From the NCBI GenBank assembly GCA_043808155.1, contig JAZDFD010000016.1, positions 15,785-79,784 of the forward strand: DNA of 64,000 nucleotides, in the 5' to 3' direction. Shown piece after piece: positions 10,043 to 19,705 of this stretch. Every line of letters starts with the position of its first letter. Positions within the stretch are counted from its first letter, which is position 1. This stretch comes from Candidatus Iainarchaeum sp. Lineage in GTDB: Archaea; Iainarchaeota; Iainarchaeia; Iainarchaeales; JAZDFD01. The notes below the pieces were generated by a model. It was not told the DNA's origin. It ran no database searches and saw only the letters and a program-made list of their open reading frames with translations. Both the position numbers and the translations under genes were made by a program.

Positions 10043-11088
10043 TTTCCACCACCCAATTTACTATGTTTTGGTTCAAATTTAAGAAAAATTTCTCTGCCTG
10101 ATGCTGCAGATTCGTAAAGTGCATTTATCAGTTCAATTGATTTTCTTGCCTCATTGCCGTCAATAACTGCTTTTTTATCATGCAAAATGCAGTCTACAAC
10201 ATTTTCAAAGAACTTTGCGTGATTGTATGCAAAAACATTTGGATTTTGTTTAAAATCTTCGTCAATTTTATATGCTCCGTCTTCAAATTGCCAGATATCT
10301 AATTTATCTGCTGAAAACCCCCCGACAATAACTGTTCCGCCTTCGCCCAAGACGCTTATTGAACCCTCCAGATCTTTTGGACGTGTTGCAGTTGTGGCTT
10401 CTATTATTCCCAGTGCGCCATTTGAAAATTTTATTATTGCAACTGCAGTGTCGTCTGCTTCGATGTCTGCTAAGCGCGTTGCAGTTTTGCACATAACACT
10501 TTCTATGTCACCCATTAACCACTGAAGTAAATCAATGTGATGATTTGCCTGATTTGAAATAACTCCGCCATCCATTGCCCATGTCCCACGCCAGTCAACT
10601 GCATCATAATAATCCTGTTTTCTTGTCCATCTCATTCTTGCAGTCGCAATTACAAATTTTTTGAATTTACCCGAATCTATTGCTTCTTTAAGTTTTACAA
10701 TTGGTTTGTTAAATCTGTTTTGTTTAACTTCAAAAAGTTTGACATTATTTTTTTTACAGGCCGCTATTACTTTGTCTGCATCTTTTAATGTCAGGGCCAT
10801 TGGTTTTTCAACAACAACGTGTTTTCCTGCATTTGCAGAGTCTACTGCAGGTTCCCAGTGCAGTCCGCTTGGTGTAATTATACTTACTGCATCAATATCT
10901 GCTTTTTCCAGCATTTCTTTGTATGATGCAAACCATGGTACATTGTTCTCTTTTCCTGTTTTTTCTGCCAGTTCTTTTTTCAGGTCGCAAACTGCTGTGA
11001 GTTCCGCATTTTGAGTATTTTTTATGGCTGTAATGTGCTTTTTGCTGATTTTTCCGCAGCCAATCAATCCAAATCTTACTGTTTTCAT
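10039..11088 (-). CDS. wbpB: Gfo/Idh/MocA oxidoreductase (WbpB/WlbA-like UDP-GlcNAcA 3-dehydrogenase)
   Basis: GCGKIS Rossmann motif, TPSGLH, EKPMAL, KQNRFN, WRGTWAMDGG..NQANH. Confidence 0.82.
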   Translation of the reverse strand: MKTVRFGLIGCGKISKKHITAIKNTQNAELTAVCDLKKELAEKTGKENNVPWFASYKEMLEKADIDAVSIITPSGLHWEPAVDSANAGKHVVVEKPMALTLKDADKVIAACKKNNVKLFEVKQNRFNKPIVKLKEAIDSGKFKKFVIATARMRWTRKQDYYDAVDWRGTWAMDGGVISNQANHHIDLLQWLMGDIESVMCKTATRLADIEADDTAVAIIKFSNGALGIIEATTATRPKDLEGSISVLGEGGTVIVGGFSADKLDIWQFEDGAYKIDEDFKQNPNVFAYNHAKFFENVVDCILHDKKAVIDGNEARKSIELINALYESAASGREIFLKFEPKHSKLGGGK

Positions 11089-11130
11089 GCTAACAACTCA
11101 AATGTGCTATAAACCTCTTTTAAATGTTTT

Positions 11131-12357
11131 TTAGGCTTTAGAAGCTATTTTATAGGCTTCTAAAAAATCATCTGCTACTTTTGCATATGTGAATTTTTCA
11201 GTTATTGTTTTTCTGGCATTCTGTTCTAATTTCTTTCTAAAATCGTCTTTTGTTAGTATTTTCTCAAGCGCTGCTGAAAGTTCCTTCACATCTCCTGTTT
11301 TGTAAATTATTCCATTTTCATTGTTTTTTATGGCTTCAAATGCACCTGGAATATCTGAAGATATGACTGCTTTTCCTGAAGCCATTGCCTCAAGAACTAT
11401 ATTTGAAATCCCTAAATTTGGGGCTGAAGCTGACACAAAAACATCTGAGTCTGACATCATTTTGGAAAGTTTTTCATGTGAAACATTTCCTTCAAAATGT
11501 ACTTTTTTTTCAAGGCCTAGTTTTTTTGCAAGTTTTTTCAGGTTTTTTTCTTCTGCACCATCACCTGCCAGTGAAAATTCTGTATCAATTCCTTTTTTCT
11601 GTAAAATACTCATTGCATTGATTATATCATCAAACTTTTTCCATTTCTCAAATCTTCCACCGCTTACAATTTGTTTAATCTGCTTTTGTTTTTTTGTAGT
11701 GGGTTTGAATTTTTCTGCGTCAACCCCGTAATGTGTTTTGAATATTTTTTTTTCATTTACTTTTTGTTTTATTAGTAATGATTTACCGTGTTTTGTTGTT
11801 GGAAGAATTAAATGGAAAATTTTAAAGTAAAGTTTTTGAATTTTGAGTGCTAGTTTTATACTTGCAGAATTTAATTTCCAGCTTTCTTCAATTCCCTGCT
11901 CTGCTGAAAAACCTTTTATTTTTGACCGTGTTGCAATTTCATATGCTAAGTCTCCGCAGTAACGTAAAAGAAATTTTTTTCTTAGTAATAATGGTCGGGA
12001 TAATAAACATGTGACTGCACCAAAAGAAAGATCCATTGCATGCACAATTTTTACTTTGTGTTTAAATGAAACATAACTGAGAGTTAGTGCTCCTAAAATG
12101 CCTGCGATTACCCATGTAATAACATTGTTTTTATGAGGATTGAAAAAAGGTGCATTTGCTCTGTAAACATTCATTCCGTCTATTACCTCAAAAGATTTGC
12201 TTTTTGTAGTGTTTAATGTGACAACAGATATGTTGTGTCCGCGTTTAACAAGTTCCTTACCTGTGTAAAAAACTACTGAGGGTACGCCTCCAACTTCAGG
12301 AGGAAAACCACGTGTAACAAAACATATATTCAAAAAAGCACACCTTTCAAAACTCAA
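11131..12357 (-). CDS. Glycosyltransferase family 4
   Basis: FPPEVGG, GVD, GRFEKWK, LEAMASGKAVISSDIPG, ENGI. Confidence 0.9.
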   Translation of the reverse strand: MSFERCAFLNICFVTRGFPPEVGGVPSVVFYTGKELVKRGHNISVVTLNTTKSKSFEVIDGMNVYRANAPFFNPHKNNVITWVIAGILGALTLSYVSFKHKVKIVHAMDLSFGAVTCLLSRPLLLRKKFLLRYCGDLAYEIATRSKIKGFSAEQGIEESWKLNSASIKLALKIQKLYFKIFHLILPTTKHGKSLLIKQKVNEKKIFKTHYGVDAEKFKPTTKKQKQIKQIVSGGRFEKWKKFDDIINAMSILQKKGIDTEFSLAGDGAEEKNLKKLAKKLGLEKKVHFEGNVSHEKLSKMMSDSDVFVSASAPNLGISNIVLEAMASGKAVISSDIPGAFEAIKNNENGIIYKTGDVKELSAALEKILTKDDFRKKLEQNARKTITEKFTYAKVADDFLEAYKIASKA

Positions 12358-12468
12358 ACAAGCAATTTATTTGCCACTTAATATATATTATATATTCGGA
12401 TTATTAAAAGAAGTTTGGTACAATTCTCAAAATTGCTGCATTCTCTATAAGTGGTGCAAATCTCAAAA

Positions 12469-13209
12469 TCATTCAAATCGATATACTCTGAGCAGATTTT
12501 TTGCATTTCTCAGCATTATTGGCAGAATAAGGTTGATTTTGTATTTCCATCTGAGATGAAGTTTTCTGTCTTTTTTTTCAATAAATTTTGCACCAATGCC
12601 TGAAAGCATTTCTTCAAGTTCTTTTTCTGTTAGGAATGATACAATTATATATTTGTGCACATAAAGGAAAGGAATACTTATGTTCCATTTGAAACAGATT
12701 TTTGTTACGTTGAAGATTAATTTTGAAGTGAATTTTGAACCCATTACTTCCTCATAAAACATCAAATACGCTTTTGGTTTAGCAACGCGTTTAATTTCTT
12801 TTAGTGCTTTAACTGCAACCTTCTTTGAGTCCTCTTGCGTGTCTCTTACAATGTGATGCAGAAGGTCTTTGAAAATCACGACATCAAAAGAATTATTTTC
12901 AAATGGCAGATTCAACACATCGCCCTTCTGAAAATTAATCTCCGGGTTTTGTCTTTTTTTTGCTTCATTTATTAATTTTTCAGTTAAATCAATTCCGTAA
13001 AGTTTTGTTTTGGGATATCTTTTTTTTATACTTCCTAAAAGATAGCCTGAGCCACAGCCTACGTCAAGCACGCGTTCATTTCCTTTAAATGCAGTTTCTA
13101 AAAAGGGCAGAAACGGATTAAGTTTCTCTTCATTTAATTCTGCTTCACGTTTTGAATAATGATTACTTCTGTGTTCAAAATGCTTCTCAACTGAGTCCTT
13201 AACTTTCAA
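12469..13209 (-). CDS. Class I SAM-dependent methyltransferase
   Basis: VLDVGCGSG, GD..NLPFENNSFDVV, LLHH. Confidence 0.88.
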   Translation of the reverse strand: MKVKDSVEKHFEHRSNHYSKREAELNEEKLNPFLPFLETAFKGNERVLDVGCGSGYLLGSIKKRYPKTKLYGIDLTEKLINEAKKRQNPEINFQKGDVLNLPFENNSFDVVIFKDLLHHIVRDTQEDSKKVAVKALKEIKRVAKPKAYLMFYEEVMGSKFTSKLIFNVTKICFKWNISIPFLYVHKYIIVSFLTEKELEEMLSGIGAKFIEKKDRKLHLRWKYKINLILPIMLRNAKNLLRVYRFE

Positions 13210-13302
13210 TTAAACCACAATATACTTTTGAGTCATCATCTTTTATATTTGCTCTTTAATGGGTCTGAGGGTATTCTTTTTAACGGAAGTCACACCATTC
13301 CA

Positions 13303-14145
13303 CTATTCAGATATTTGACGTATTCTTTTTACCGGAAGTTTGCATTCTTCCACTATTCGCATAATTCTTTCTTTTTCAGTTCCTAAGCCTTTGTAATCCA
13401 ACACGATTTCCTGGACAGGCTCTAAACTAGACTTGATTGCTTTTTGTAACATCACTTCATCAAAATTTTCAAGTGCATATTTTGGGCAAATATGTCCTAT
13501 CGCATAATTTGTTTTCAGCATTAGTTTTGTAAATTCTTTATGGTAATGCGGTCCGCCAATCCCAATTGCAGTTTTGTAATTTCCTATTTTTGTTTCGTGA
13601 ATATTAGTTTCAAGTATATTAGTTTCATGCATAATTGTTTCTGCAATTGCAAGTGCTGCGTTTTCATCTGTCCACTCGGTTTCAGAACTCCCCACCTCAA
13701 TGTAAATTGATGGTTTTGTAAGAAATGCTCCGTGGTGTGTTACCTCTGCAATCACTTCGTAATTAAGTGAATTTTTTTCTTTTTGTTTCTGCAATCCCAC
13801 TAAATAATTTTTCACAAGAGAAGGCACTGCGGGAACTAATGTTCTTGGTTTCCCGCCCATTTCAGCAGTATTTCCCCAGTTACCAATGCAGTGTGTAGTT
13901 AATGATGGTGTACCTTTCTCAGAAGAATGGCGCGATGCGAAAATTAAAATTTCTTCTCCCAATTCATCCAAATAGTCTGCGTAAATCTGCAAATCATTTA
14001 TTGTGTAAAGGTTGAAATTTTCAAAAGTGTAAATTTCATTATTCTTGTACTGTTTGTCAGTTTCTTTAAAATCAAAGTTGCCCAAAAGCTGTTTTTTTAT
14101 TGCAAGACCTGCAGTATCTACTGTGGAAACAATTATCGCATACAC
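13303..14145 (-). CDS. dtdA: D-aminoacyl-tRNA deacylase (archaeal DTD2/GEK1 type)
   Basis: FASRHSS, LTTHCIGN, EVTHHG, YIEVGSSE, GIGGPHY, GHICPKY. Confidence 0.9.
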   Translation of the reverse strand: MYAIIVSTVDTAGLAIKKQLLGNFDFKETDKQYKNNEIYTFENFNLYTINDLQIYADYLDELGEEILIFASRHSSEKGTPSLTTHCIGNWGNTAEMGGKPRTLVPAVPSLVKNYLVGLQKQKEKNSLNYEVIAEVTHHGAFLTKPSIYIEVGSSETEWTDENAALAIAETIMHETNILETNIHETKIGNYKTAIGIGGPHYHKEFTKLMLKTNYAIGHICPKYALENFDEVMLQKAIKSSLEPVQEIVLDYKGLGTEKERIMRIVEECKLPVKRIRQISE

Positions 14146-14154
14146 GTTAATCAG

Positions 14155-14643
14155 CTATGCTTCTCTTTGTTTATAGTTTTCTGAAAGTTTAATCATCACT
14201 TCTTCAATTGAATTGAGTGATTCATTAATCGGTGTTTTAACCCAGTGGGAAAAACTTTCTTTCAAATTATTTGGTTCTGTTGTTGGGTTGTTGTTCAGGT
14301 AGTATCTGTTCCTTTTTCTTAGAATCAGATTCACATTCATCAGTCTGTTCAAATGATAGCGTGTGAGTTTTTCTGAGATATTTTTGTTGGTTTTATCAAG
14401 CACAAATGTCTGGATTTCCTTAGTTGTGGGATTGTGCTGTTTTGTAAGCAAGAAATAAAATAAACCATCAAGTACGTCCAGCACAGTTGCTCTTGATTCC
14501 TGTTCCGAAATAAGCCCAAACGAAAGCGCAAACCATCTCAGCATTGAACGCTTAGTCATCTGTACAGAGGGGGGAAGATCCATTTTTCTAATAGTAAATG
14601 TATTTCTTACAAGTTCTGATTCTGGAAATGAAACTTTTGGCAT
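14155..14643 (-). CDS. Winged-helix DNA-binding protein (uncharacterised archaeal family)
   Basis: wHTH-like segment TTKEIQ...ISEKLTRYHLNRLMNVNLILRKRNRYYL. Confidence 0.6.
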   Translation of the reverse strand: MPKVSFPESELVRNTFTIRKMDLPPSVQMTKRSMLRWFALSFGLISEQESRATVLDVLDGLFYFLLTKQHNPTTKEIQTFVLDKTNKNISEKLTRYHLNRLMNVNLILRKRNRYYLNNNPTTEPNNLKESFSHWVKTPINESLNSIEEVMIKLSENYKQREA

Positions 14644-14848
14644 TTGATCATCTCTTCTACATAATACTTCTACTAATATTTAGGAAACACTTTTTTTCCT
14701 TTGGACATATATTATTTGCAAAGTAGTATATAATTGTTTTTAGTGTCCATTAGGTTTTGATTAATTAGTTATGTTTGCTTAAATTTCAGGAAAGGTTTTT
14801 AGAAACAATTGCATGAAAATAAATATTACGAAATAAATTTCGGGGAGC

Positions 14849-15214
14849 GTGGATAATATGGTCAAGGTTATGTCAAATTTCACACCTTTAAGAATGAAAC
14901 TTTCAAGAAGGACACCAGTACAGTTATATGTTGAGGTTTCAAATGACGAAGCTGAAAACAAAATGGTTTCATTGTACATTAATTTAAGCAAAGATATCAG
15001 TTTTGAAAAGGGCGGGTTCAAAACAGATACTGTTGAAAGACTGTCTTCATTAAAGCCAGGTGAAACCAAACGATTCTATTATGAGTTACACCCCAAACCA
15101 CATCTTAATTATGGTGAACACAATGTGAAAGTTACTCTTTTAGATCATTATATTTCGTTTGATAACGTTAAAAATGAAAAAATAAGAAATATGTCTTTAA
15201 TGGTTGAGGAATAA
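14849..15214 (+). CDS. Hypothetical protein, single Ig/CARDB-like beta domain
   Basis: Beta-rich, LKPGETKRFYYEL pattern. Confidence 0.55.
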   Translation: MDNMVKVMSNFTPLRMKLSRRTPVQLYVEVSNDEAENKMVSLYINLSKDISFEKGGFKTDTVERLSSLKPGETKRFYYELHPKPHLNYGEHNVKVTLLDHYISFDNVKNEKIRNMSLMVEE

Positions 15215-15219
15215 TTCAT

Positions 15220-16101
15220 TTATTTCTCTTCCAAATAAAGCTCTGCTTTGTCAATTAGTACATTCCATAATCGTACTGTAAAGTTTCCCCGTTCCCAGTC
15301 GTCTTTTAATGGAATTTCAAGCCAGCCTTCAAAATCTTTTTCAATTTCCTCTGCAGATTTGCATTCAGAAGGTATGGTTGTGTCTTTGCAGATTGAATTG
15401 TCTTTATAGAAATAATACAAATCATAGTGATATCTGTTGTCCTTTCTGTATGCGCCTTGTTTTACAAATAATCTGAGAGTTGCATCATAATTATCCGAAT
15501 CATACTCTGAAGTATCAAATTCAAGTGCTAATGAATCAAAATATTTGCCTGATGTTGACGTTAAGAAATATTCTCTTGGGACGGTTCCGCATGGTTCTTT
15601 GCTTGAGCAGTTTGGTGCGAAAATGTCATCTAATTCAGAAACATCATCTAAAACATCAAATTCTTTAGTTCCTGTTCCGTCCTGATCCTGGATTGCTTCT
15701 GCTTTTACGGGTTCTAATGTGATTTTATTATTTGTGATATTTTGGTTTCCAGTATTTTCTGAATTTTTATTTGAAGCAAAATTGTCAATAGAAAGATATT
15801 CTCCAGAAAATAATCCTGTTATTTGTGAATCATTTGCCTGCGCATTCAAATTAAGAGCAAACACAAGAACCCCAATCATGGTCAATGCGAGTGCGAGAAG
15901 TAAAAATGATGAAACAAGTCCTTGTCCTGAATCAATGGACTCTTTTTTCTTATCTATTTGACCTTTTGAACCTGCAATTTGACCCTTAGATGAATCAATG
16001 GATCCTTTAGAAGAATTAATCTGTCCGTCTGAACCTGCAATTTGACCCTTAGATGAATCAATCTGTCCTTTAAATTTACTAGGTTTAGTTCCTTCTCCCA
16101 T
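15220..16101 (-). CDS. Membrane-anchored hypothetical protein with N-terminal heptad repeats
   Basis: KGQI(D/A)xS repeats followed by a TM helix and an extracellular domain. Confidence 0.65.
   Translation of the reverse strand: MGEGTKPSKFKGQIDSSKGQIAGSDGQINSSKGSIDSSKGQIAGSKGQIDKKKESIDSGQGLVSSFLLLALALTMIGVLVFALNLNAQANDSQITGLFSGEYLSIDNFASNKNSENTGNQNITNNKITLEPVKAEAIQDQDGTGTKEFDVLDDVSELDDIFAPNCSSKEPCGTVPREYFLTSTSGKYFDSLALEFDTSEYDSDNYDATLRLFVKQGAYRKDNRYHYDLYYFYKDNSICKDTTIPSECKSAEEIEKDFEGWLEIPLKDDWERGNFTVRLWNVLIDKAELYLEEK
15940..16075. repeat. 21-bp-period coding tandem repeat with a 33-bp exact duplication
   Basis: TGAACCTGCAATTTGACCCTTAGATGAATCAAT at 15967-15999 and 16030-16062. Confidence 0.85.
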
Positions 16102-16259
16102 ATCAAATTTGCATCTAACCAGTATATATATGTTATGTATACCTTATTTTCACACGCTTTCTTGGACGGATTCAAATTCCATTACAAAATTACATTTTTT
16201 TCACATGTCTGTCAATAGAATTTTAAGGATACCTCCTAATGATTATTTAGTGATTTTTT

Positions 16260-17672
16260 TTGAATCAAAGAGTATTGCTAATTTATCCAACTTATAAAAT
16301 TTTGATGGTTGCAGATGATGTTGTAAGTGCACCTGTAGTCGCACCTAATCTTGGTTTAGCATATGTAGCTGCATCTCTGGAACAGAATAACATTCCTGTG
16401 GACCTTCTTGATGCAAATTCTTTACAATCTACATTACCTGAAATACTTGACAAAGTTCGGGAATTTAACCCTACTATTATCGGTCTGGGATGTATAACAC
16501 CTACTGCAAAAATTTGTGTAGAACTTACAAAAAGACTGAAAGAATCCTTTCCAAACATAAAAATTGTTATTGGCGGGGTTCATGCTTATTTTAAAGCAGA
16601 TGAACTTATTCAGGAAAAAACTATTGATTTTGTTATTAGAGGAGAAGGGGAGTACGTTTTCCCTCAACTAGTAAACGCTCTTGATAAAAAAATGCCACTT
16701 GGCGGTGTTAAAGGACTTGTTTACAAATCCGGGGGTAAAGTGTTTGATAATGGTTTTGCAGATAGAATAATCGATTTGGATAAATTACCATTTCCAGCGA
16801 GACATTTACTACCAAATGAACTTTACAGTTCTCCTGGTTTGATAAAAGTCGGAGGAAAACCATTTGGGAGTATGATAACTTCAAGGGGCTGCCCCTTTTC
16901 ATGTAATTATTGTGCTTCAGCAGAATTATGGAAAAGAAAAGTAACATTTCATTCTGCAGATTACGTGTTAAAAGAATTAGATCAAATGGTTGAAACTCTC
17001 AAAATAAAATATTTGCATTTTTATGATGACACATTTAGTGTTAGACCTGACCGTGTTATGGACATCTGTAATGGGATGATTGACAGAGATTATAATTTGA
17101 AATGGGCAATTGAATTGAGAGTAAAAGGCGTAGATGAAAAAATGCTTGAAAAGTTAAAAGAAGCTGGCTGCGTAGGACTTTACTTTGGAATTGAGTTTGG
17201 TTCACAAAGAATTCTTGATCTTACAGAAAAAGGAATTACTATTGAAGATATTAAAAAAATGATGACATTAGTTGACAAAGTTGGCGGTTTTAATGTACAG
17301 GGATTTTTTATGATGGGTTATCCAACTGAAACAAAAGAAGAAATATTGCAAAGTATTGAACTTGCAAAGAGTTTGAATTTCCACAGTATTGGATTTTCTA
17401 TAGTGACTCCTTTTCCTGGTACACATCTTTATGATTATTGTGAAAAAAATAATTTGCTTGTTTCAAAAGATTGGAATAAATATAATCTTAAAGTCCCCAG
17501 AATGCTTATTAAAAATCCAAATTATACTGAAGAAGAACTAAAAGCCCTTTTTTCAAAAGGTTATCATGATTTTTATATAAGACCATCTTACATTGCCAAA
17601 ATGATTGCATCAATCAGAACAATAGATGAAGCAAAATACTATTTCTCACAGGGCATGAGAATGATAAAATAA
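16260..17672 (+). CDS. Cobalamin-binding radical SAM protein
   Basis: PNLGLAYVAA and GGVHA..GEGE B12 domain; SRGCPFSCNYC CxxxCxxC; TPFPGT. Confidence 0.9.
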   Translation: MNQRVLLIYPTYKILMVADDVVSAPVVAPNLGLAYVAASLEQNNIPVDLLDANSLQSTLPEILDKVREFNPTIIGLGCITPTAKICVELTKRLKESFPNIKIVIGGVHAYFKADELIQEKTIDFVIRGEGEYVFPQLVNALDKKMPLGGVKGLVYKSGGKVFDNGFADRIIDLDKLPFPARHLLPNELYSSPGLIKVGGKPFGSMITSRGCPFSCNYCASAELWKRKVTFHSADYVLKELDQMVETLKIKYLHFYDDTFSVRPDRVMDICNGMIDRDYNLKWAIELRVKGVDEKMLEKLKEAGCVGLYFGIEFGSQRILDLTEKGITIEDIKKMMTLVDKVGGFNVQGFFMMGYPTETKEEILQSIELAKSLNFHSIGFSIVTPFPGTHLYDYCEKNNLLVSKDWNKYNLKVPRMLIKNPNYTEEELKALFSKGYHDFYIRPSYIAKMIASIRTIDEAKYYFSQGMRMIK

Positions 17673-17681
17673 ATACACAAA

Positions 17682-18269
17682 TTATTGGACACTATTTTTC
17701 CATTCCTTAATTTTATGTTCCAATTCCAGTTGTTTAGCTGCAAGTTTATCAATTTTGCTTTCCATAGGTTTTTCAGAGTATTCTGCAGCTTTTCCTAAAT
17801 ACTGTTTAATTTTTTCAAAATTGTCCTCAAAAGGAAAATTGCAAGCTTTTTGTGCTATTGCAAGATCTGCTAAAGTTTCCGCAACTTCAATGTGCAACTC
17901 ATACATCCTATCTTTTTTTGCTTTTGGACTTTCATACAATAAAATATGATGTTCTGCCATTTCTGAACTGTTTCTAAACATTTTCAAAGCTGATGGGTAA
18001 TCCCCTATTTTCATGTAATGCAAACCTGATTTTCTAAAATGTTCAGCAGACTCTTTAAGCAACTCTAAATTAGTCTGATGACCCCCTCTTGCAAACCAAA
18101 CATCATGTAGCAATTCGCCACTTGCCCTGTAATGTATTGCAGCACTATGAGAATCATTATGTTGAGGCAGTTCTGCAATGTGCGCTTTGCTTGCATATTC
18201 TGTTGCATGATTTAGTGCAAGTTTACAGTGTTTAGCGGACCTTTCCATCGGACATCTACTTATTATCAT
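17682..18269 (-). CDS. Orphan helical hypothetical protein
   Basis: 195-aa ORF with GGTGA SD; no recognisable family. Confidence 0.55.
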   Translation of the reverse strand: MIISRCPMERSAKHCKLALNHATEYASKAHIAELPQHNDSHSAAIHYRASGELLHDVWFARGGHQTNLELLKESAEHFRKSGLHYMKIGDYPSALKMFRNSSEMAEHHILLYESPKAKKDRMYELHIEVAETLADLAIAQKACNFPFEDNFEKIKQYLGKAAEYSEKPMESKIDKLAAKQLELEHKIKEWKNSVQ

Positions 18270-18321
18270 AAAATCACCATTACAATTATTGCACTACTCT
18301 TAATTTAATTATGGTTCGATA

Positions 18322-18348
18322 GTTATGTATACTAATCTTATACATAAC
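18322..18348. promoter_or_regulatory. Perfect inverted repeat GTTATGTATA-N7-TATACATAAC between divergent genes
   Basis: Read directly from the sequence; the half-site recurs in other intergenic regions. Confidence 0.65.
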
Positions 18349-18394
18349 AAACACCTCAAATAACCTTAAATTCCTTCTGTTTTATGATATTTTA

Positions 18395-18748
18395 ATGGAT
18401 ATTGACGGTACTGTGAATGAGCTCTGGAAAAAGGGCTATAACTGCGCTGAATGCGTATTTATGGTACTTTCAAATGAGCTTAATTTTGAGCTATCTCCGC
18501 AAATACTGAAAATGGCTAAAATCATGGGTTCTGGCTACTATTCAGGCTGTATCTGCGGCAGCCTTTCTGCCTCAATTTCCTTCTGTGCGATTTACAAAGA
18601 ACCAGATTCAAAATTGGCAAAAACATTGTATGGCAAGTTCACGGAAAAGTTTGGCGCGAGTTGCTGTCGTGTGATTAGAAAGCAATGTTCGTGCACTGAC
18701 AAAATCACATTCTCAATAAACTCTGTTTTGGAAGAACTGCAGAAATAG
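18395..18748 (+). CDS. C-GCAxxG-C-C family putative redox protein
   Basis: GYNCAECV, GCICGSLS, FTEKFGASCC. Confidence 0.75.
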   Translation: MDIDGTVNELWKKGYNCAECVFMVLSNELNFELSPQILKMAKIMGSGYYSGCICGSLSASISFCAIYKEPDSKLAKTLYGKFTEKFGASCCRVIRKQCSCTDKITFSINSVLEELQK

Positions 18749-18904
18749 CACAATTCCTCTGTCTTCTACATAACATTATTCTCGCCATTTCACGCCACTT
18801 TTGATTATTCCACACCACTTCTCAAAATGTCCAGAATACGCCTCTAGGGGCTGTTTTAGAAAAAGTGCATTTTTTAAGGTTTTGTGAAAATCCACGAAGG
18901 AATT

Positions 18905-18932
18905 TTGCGGTATAAGATAGATTATATCGCAT
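18905..18932. other. Putative dif (Xer recombination) site TTGCGGTATAA-GATAGA-TTATATCGCAT
   Basis: 11-6-11 architecture, arms 9/11 complementary, TATAA-N6-TTATA core, centred in a non-coding gap. Confidence 0.65.
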
Positions 18933-19114
18933 TTGGGCTGTTTTTTGAAGCATTTTTATGCCAATACTGCCATTTCAAGTGGATGCGTGGGGGTTAGTTG
19001 GTCAGATGACTGAGTGCGATATTTGAAGAGAAGTAGAGTTGTTTGTTATGTATATTCTTTATCGCATTTTGAAGGTTTTTAACTTTTTTATATCCTTTTT
19101 ACAGATTTAATAAA

Positions 19115-19624
19115 TCAATTGCTTTTTTCAGGTCTGGCTCTAGCAGATTCGATTCTGTCTTTGCCTAAAGGTTTTTTATGAACATCTGAGGATGTTGCAT
19201 CCTTTCTTCTTTCTCTAAATAGAATATGCCCAGGCTCGCTAAGCTCATCTTGATCACGGATAAAATTACCTATATTTTTGTGTATTTCATTTGGCTTTAA
19301 AAATCTCTTTTCTTTATGTAACTCATAATGTTCTTTTGTAAGATCCGATTTTAATAAAAATTCCATATTTTTAGTAAGTTCGTGCCTTGATCTCGTCTCT
19401 AATATCTTAAGCTCATTTTTCTTCTTAAGTATTTCCTTTCGCATGTCTTCTCCGCTAGCTTGTCTTTTTTGTAAACTACTAAGTCCATTTACCACACGTT
19501 TAAGTGGTTCCACGTGTTCAAACCATCTAAAATCTCCCCAAGGTATCAAAATTCCTTTGCCACCATTTCTAAGTTCGACAATAGTGCCGCGTTGTCTACA
19601 ACGTCTATTTATAAAACGAGTCAT
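19115..19624 (-). CDS. Orphan basic hypothetical protein
   Basis: 169-aa ORF, TATA-like sequence upstream, no known motifs. Confidence 0.5.
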   Translation of the reverse strand: MTRFINRRCRQRGTIVELRNGGKGILIPWGDFRWFEHVEPLKRVVNGLSSLQKRQASGEDMRKEILKKKNELKILETRSRHELTKNMEFLLKSDLTKEHYELHKEKRFLKPNEIHKNIGNFIRDQDELSEPGHILFRERRKDATSSDVHKKPLGKDRIESARARPEKSN

Positions 19625-19705
19625 TTATCTTCACAATATTAATGTGTTTTAGAACTTTAAATATGTTTTGTTATTCGTTCTAAACGTGTTATTATTGTGA
19701 ATTTT

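Noticed and set aside
18322-18348. GTTATGTATA palindrome as the dif site
   Set aside because: Spacing is one base short of dif/lox geometry and the inner ATAA/TTAT is missing on the left; 18905-18932 fits better.
18339-19054. Integron attC sites (ACATAAC ... GTTATGT resemble R''/R' boxes)
   Set aside because: Spacing of about 280-700 bp is too long, no convincing internal hairpin with L boxes, no integrase and no co-oriented cassette array.
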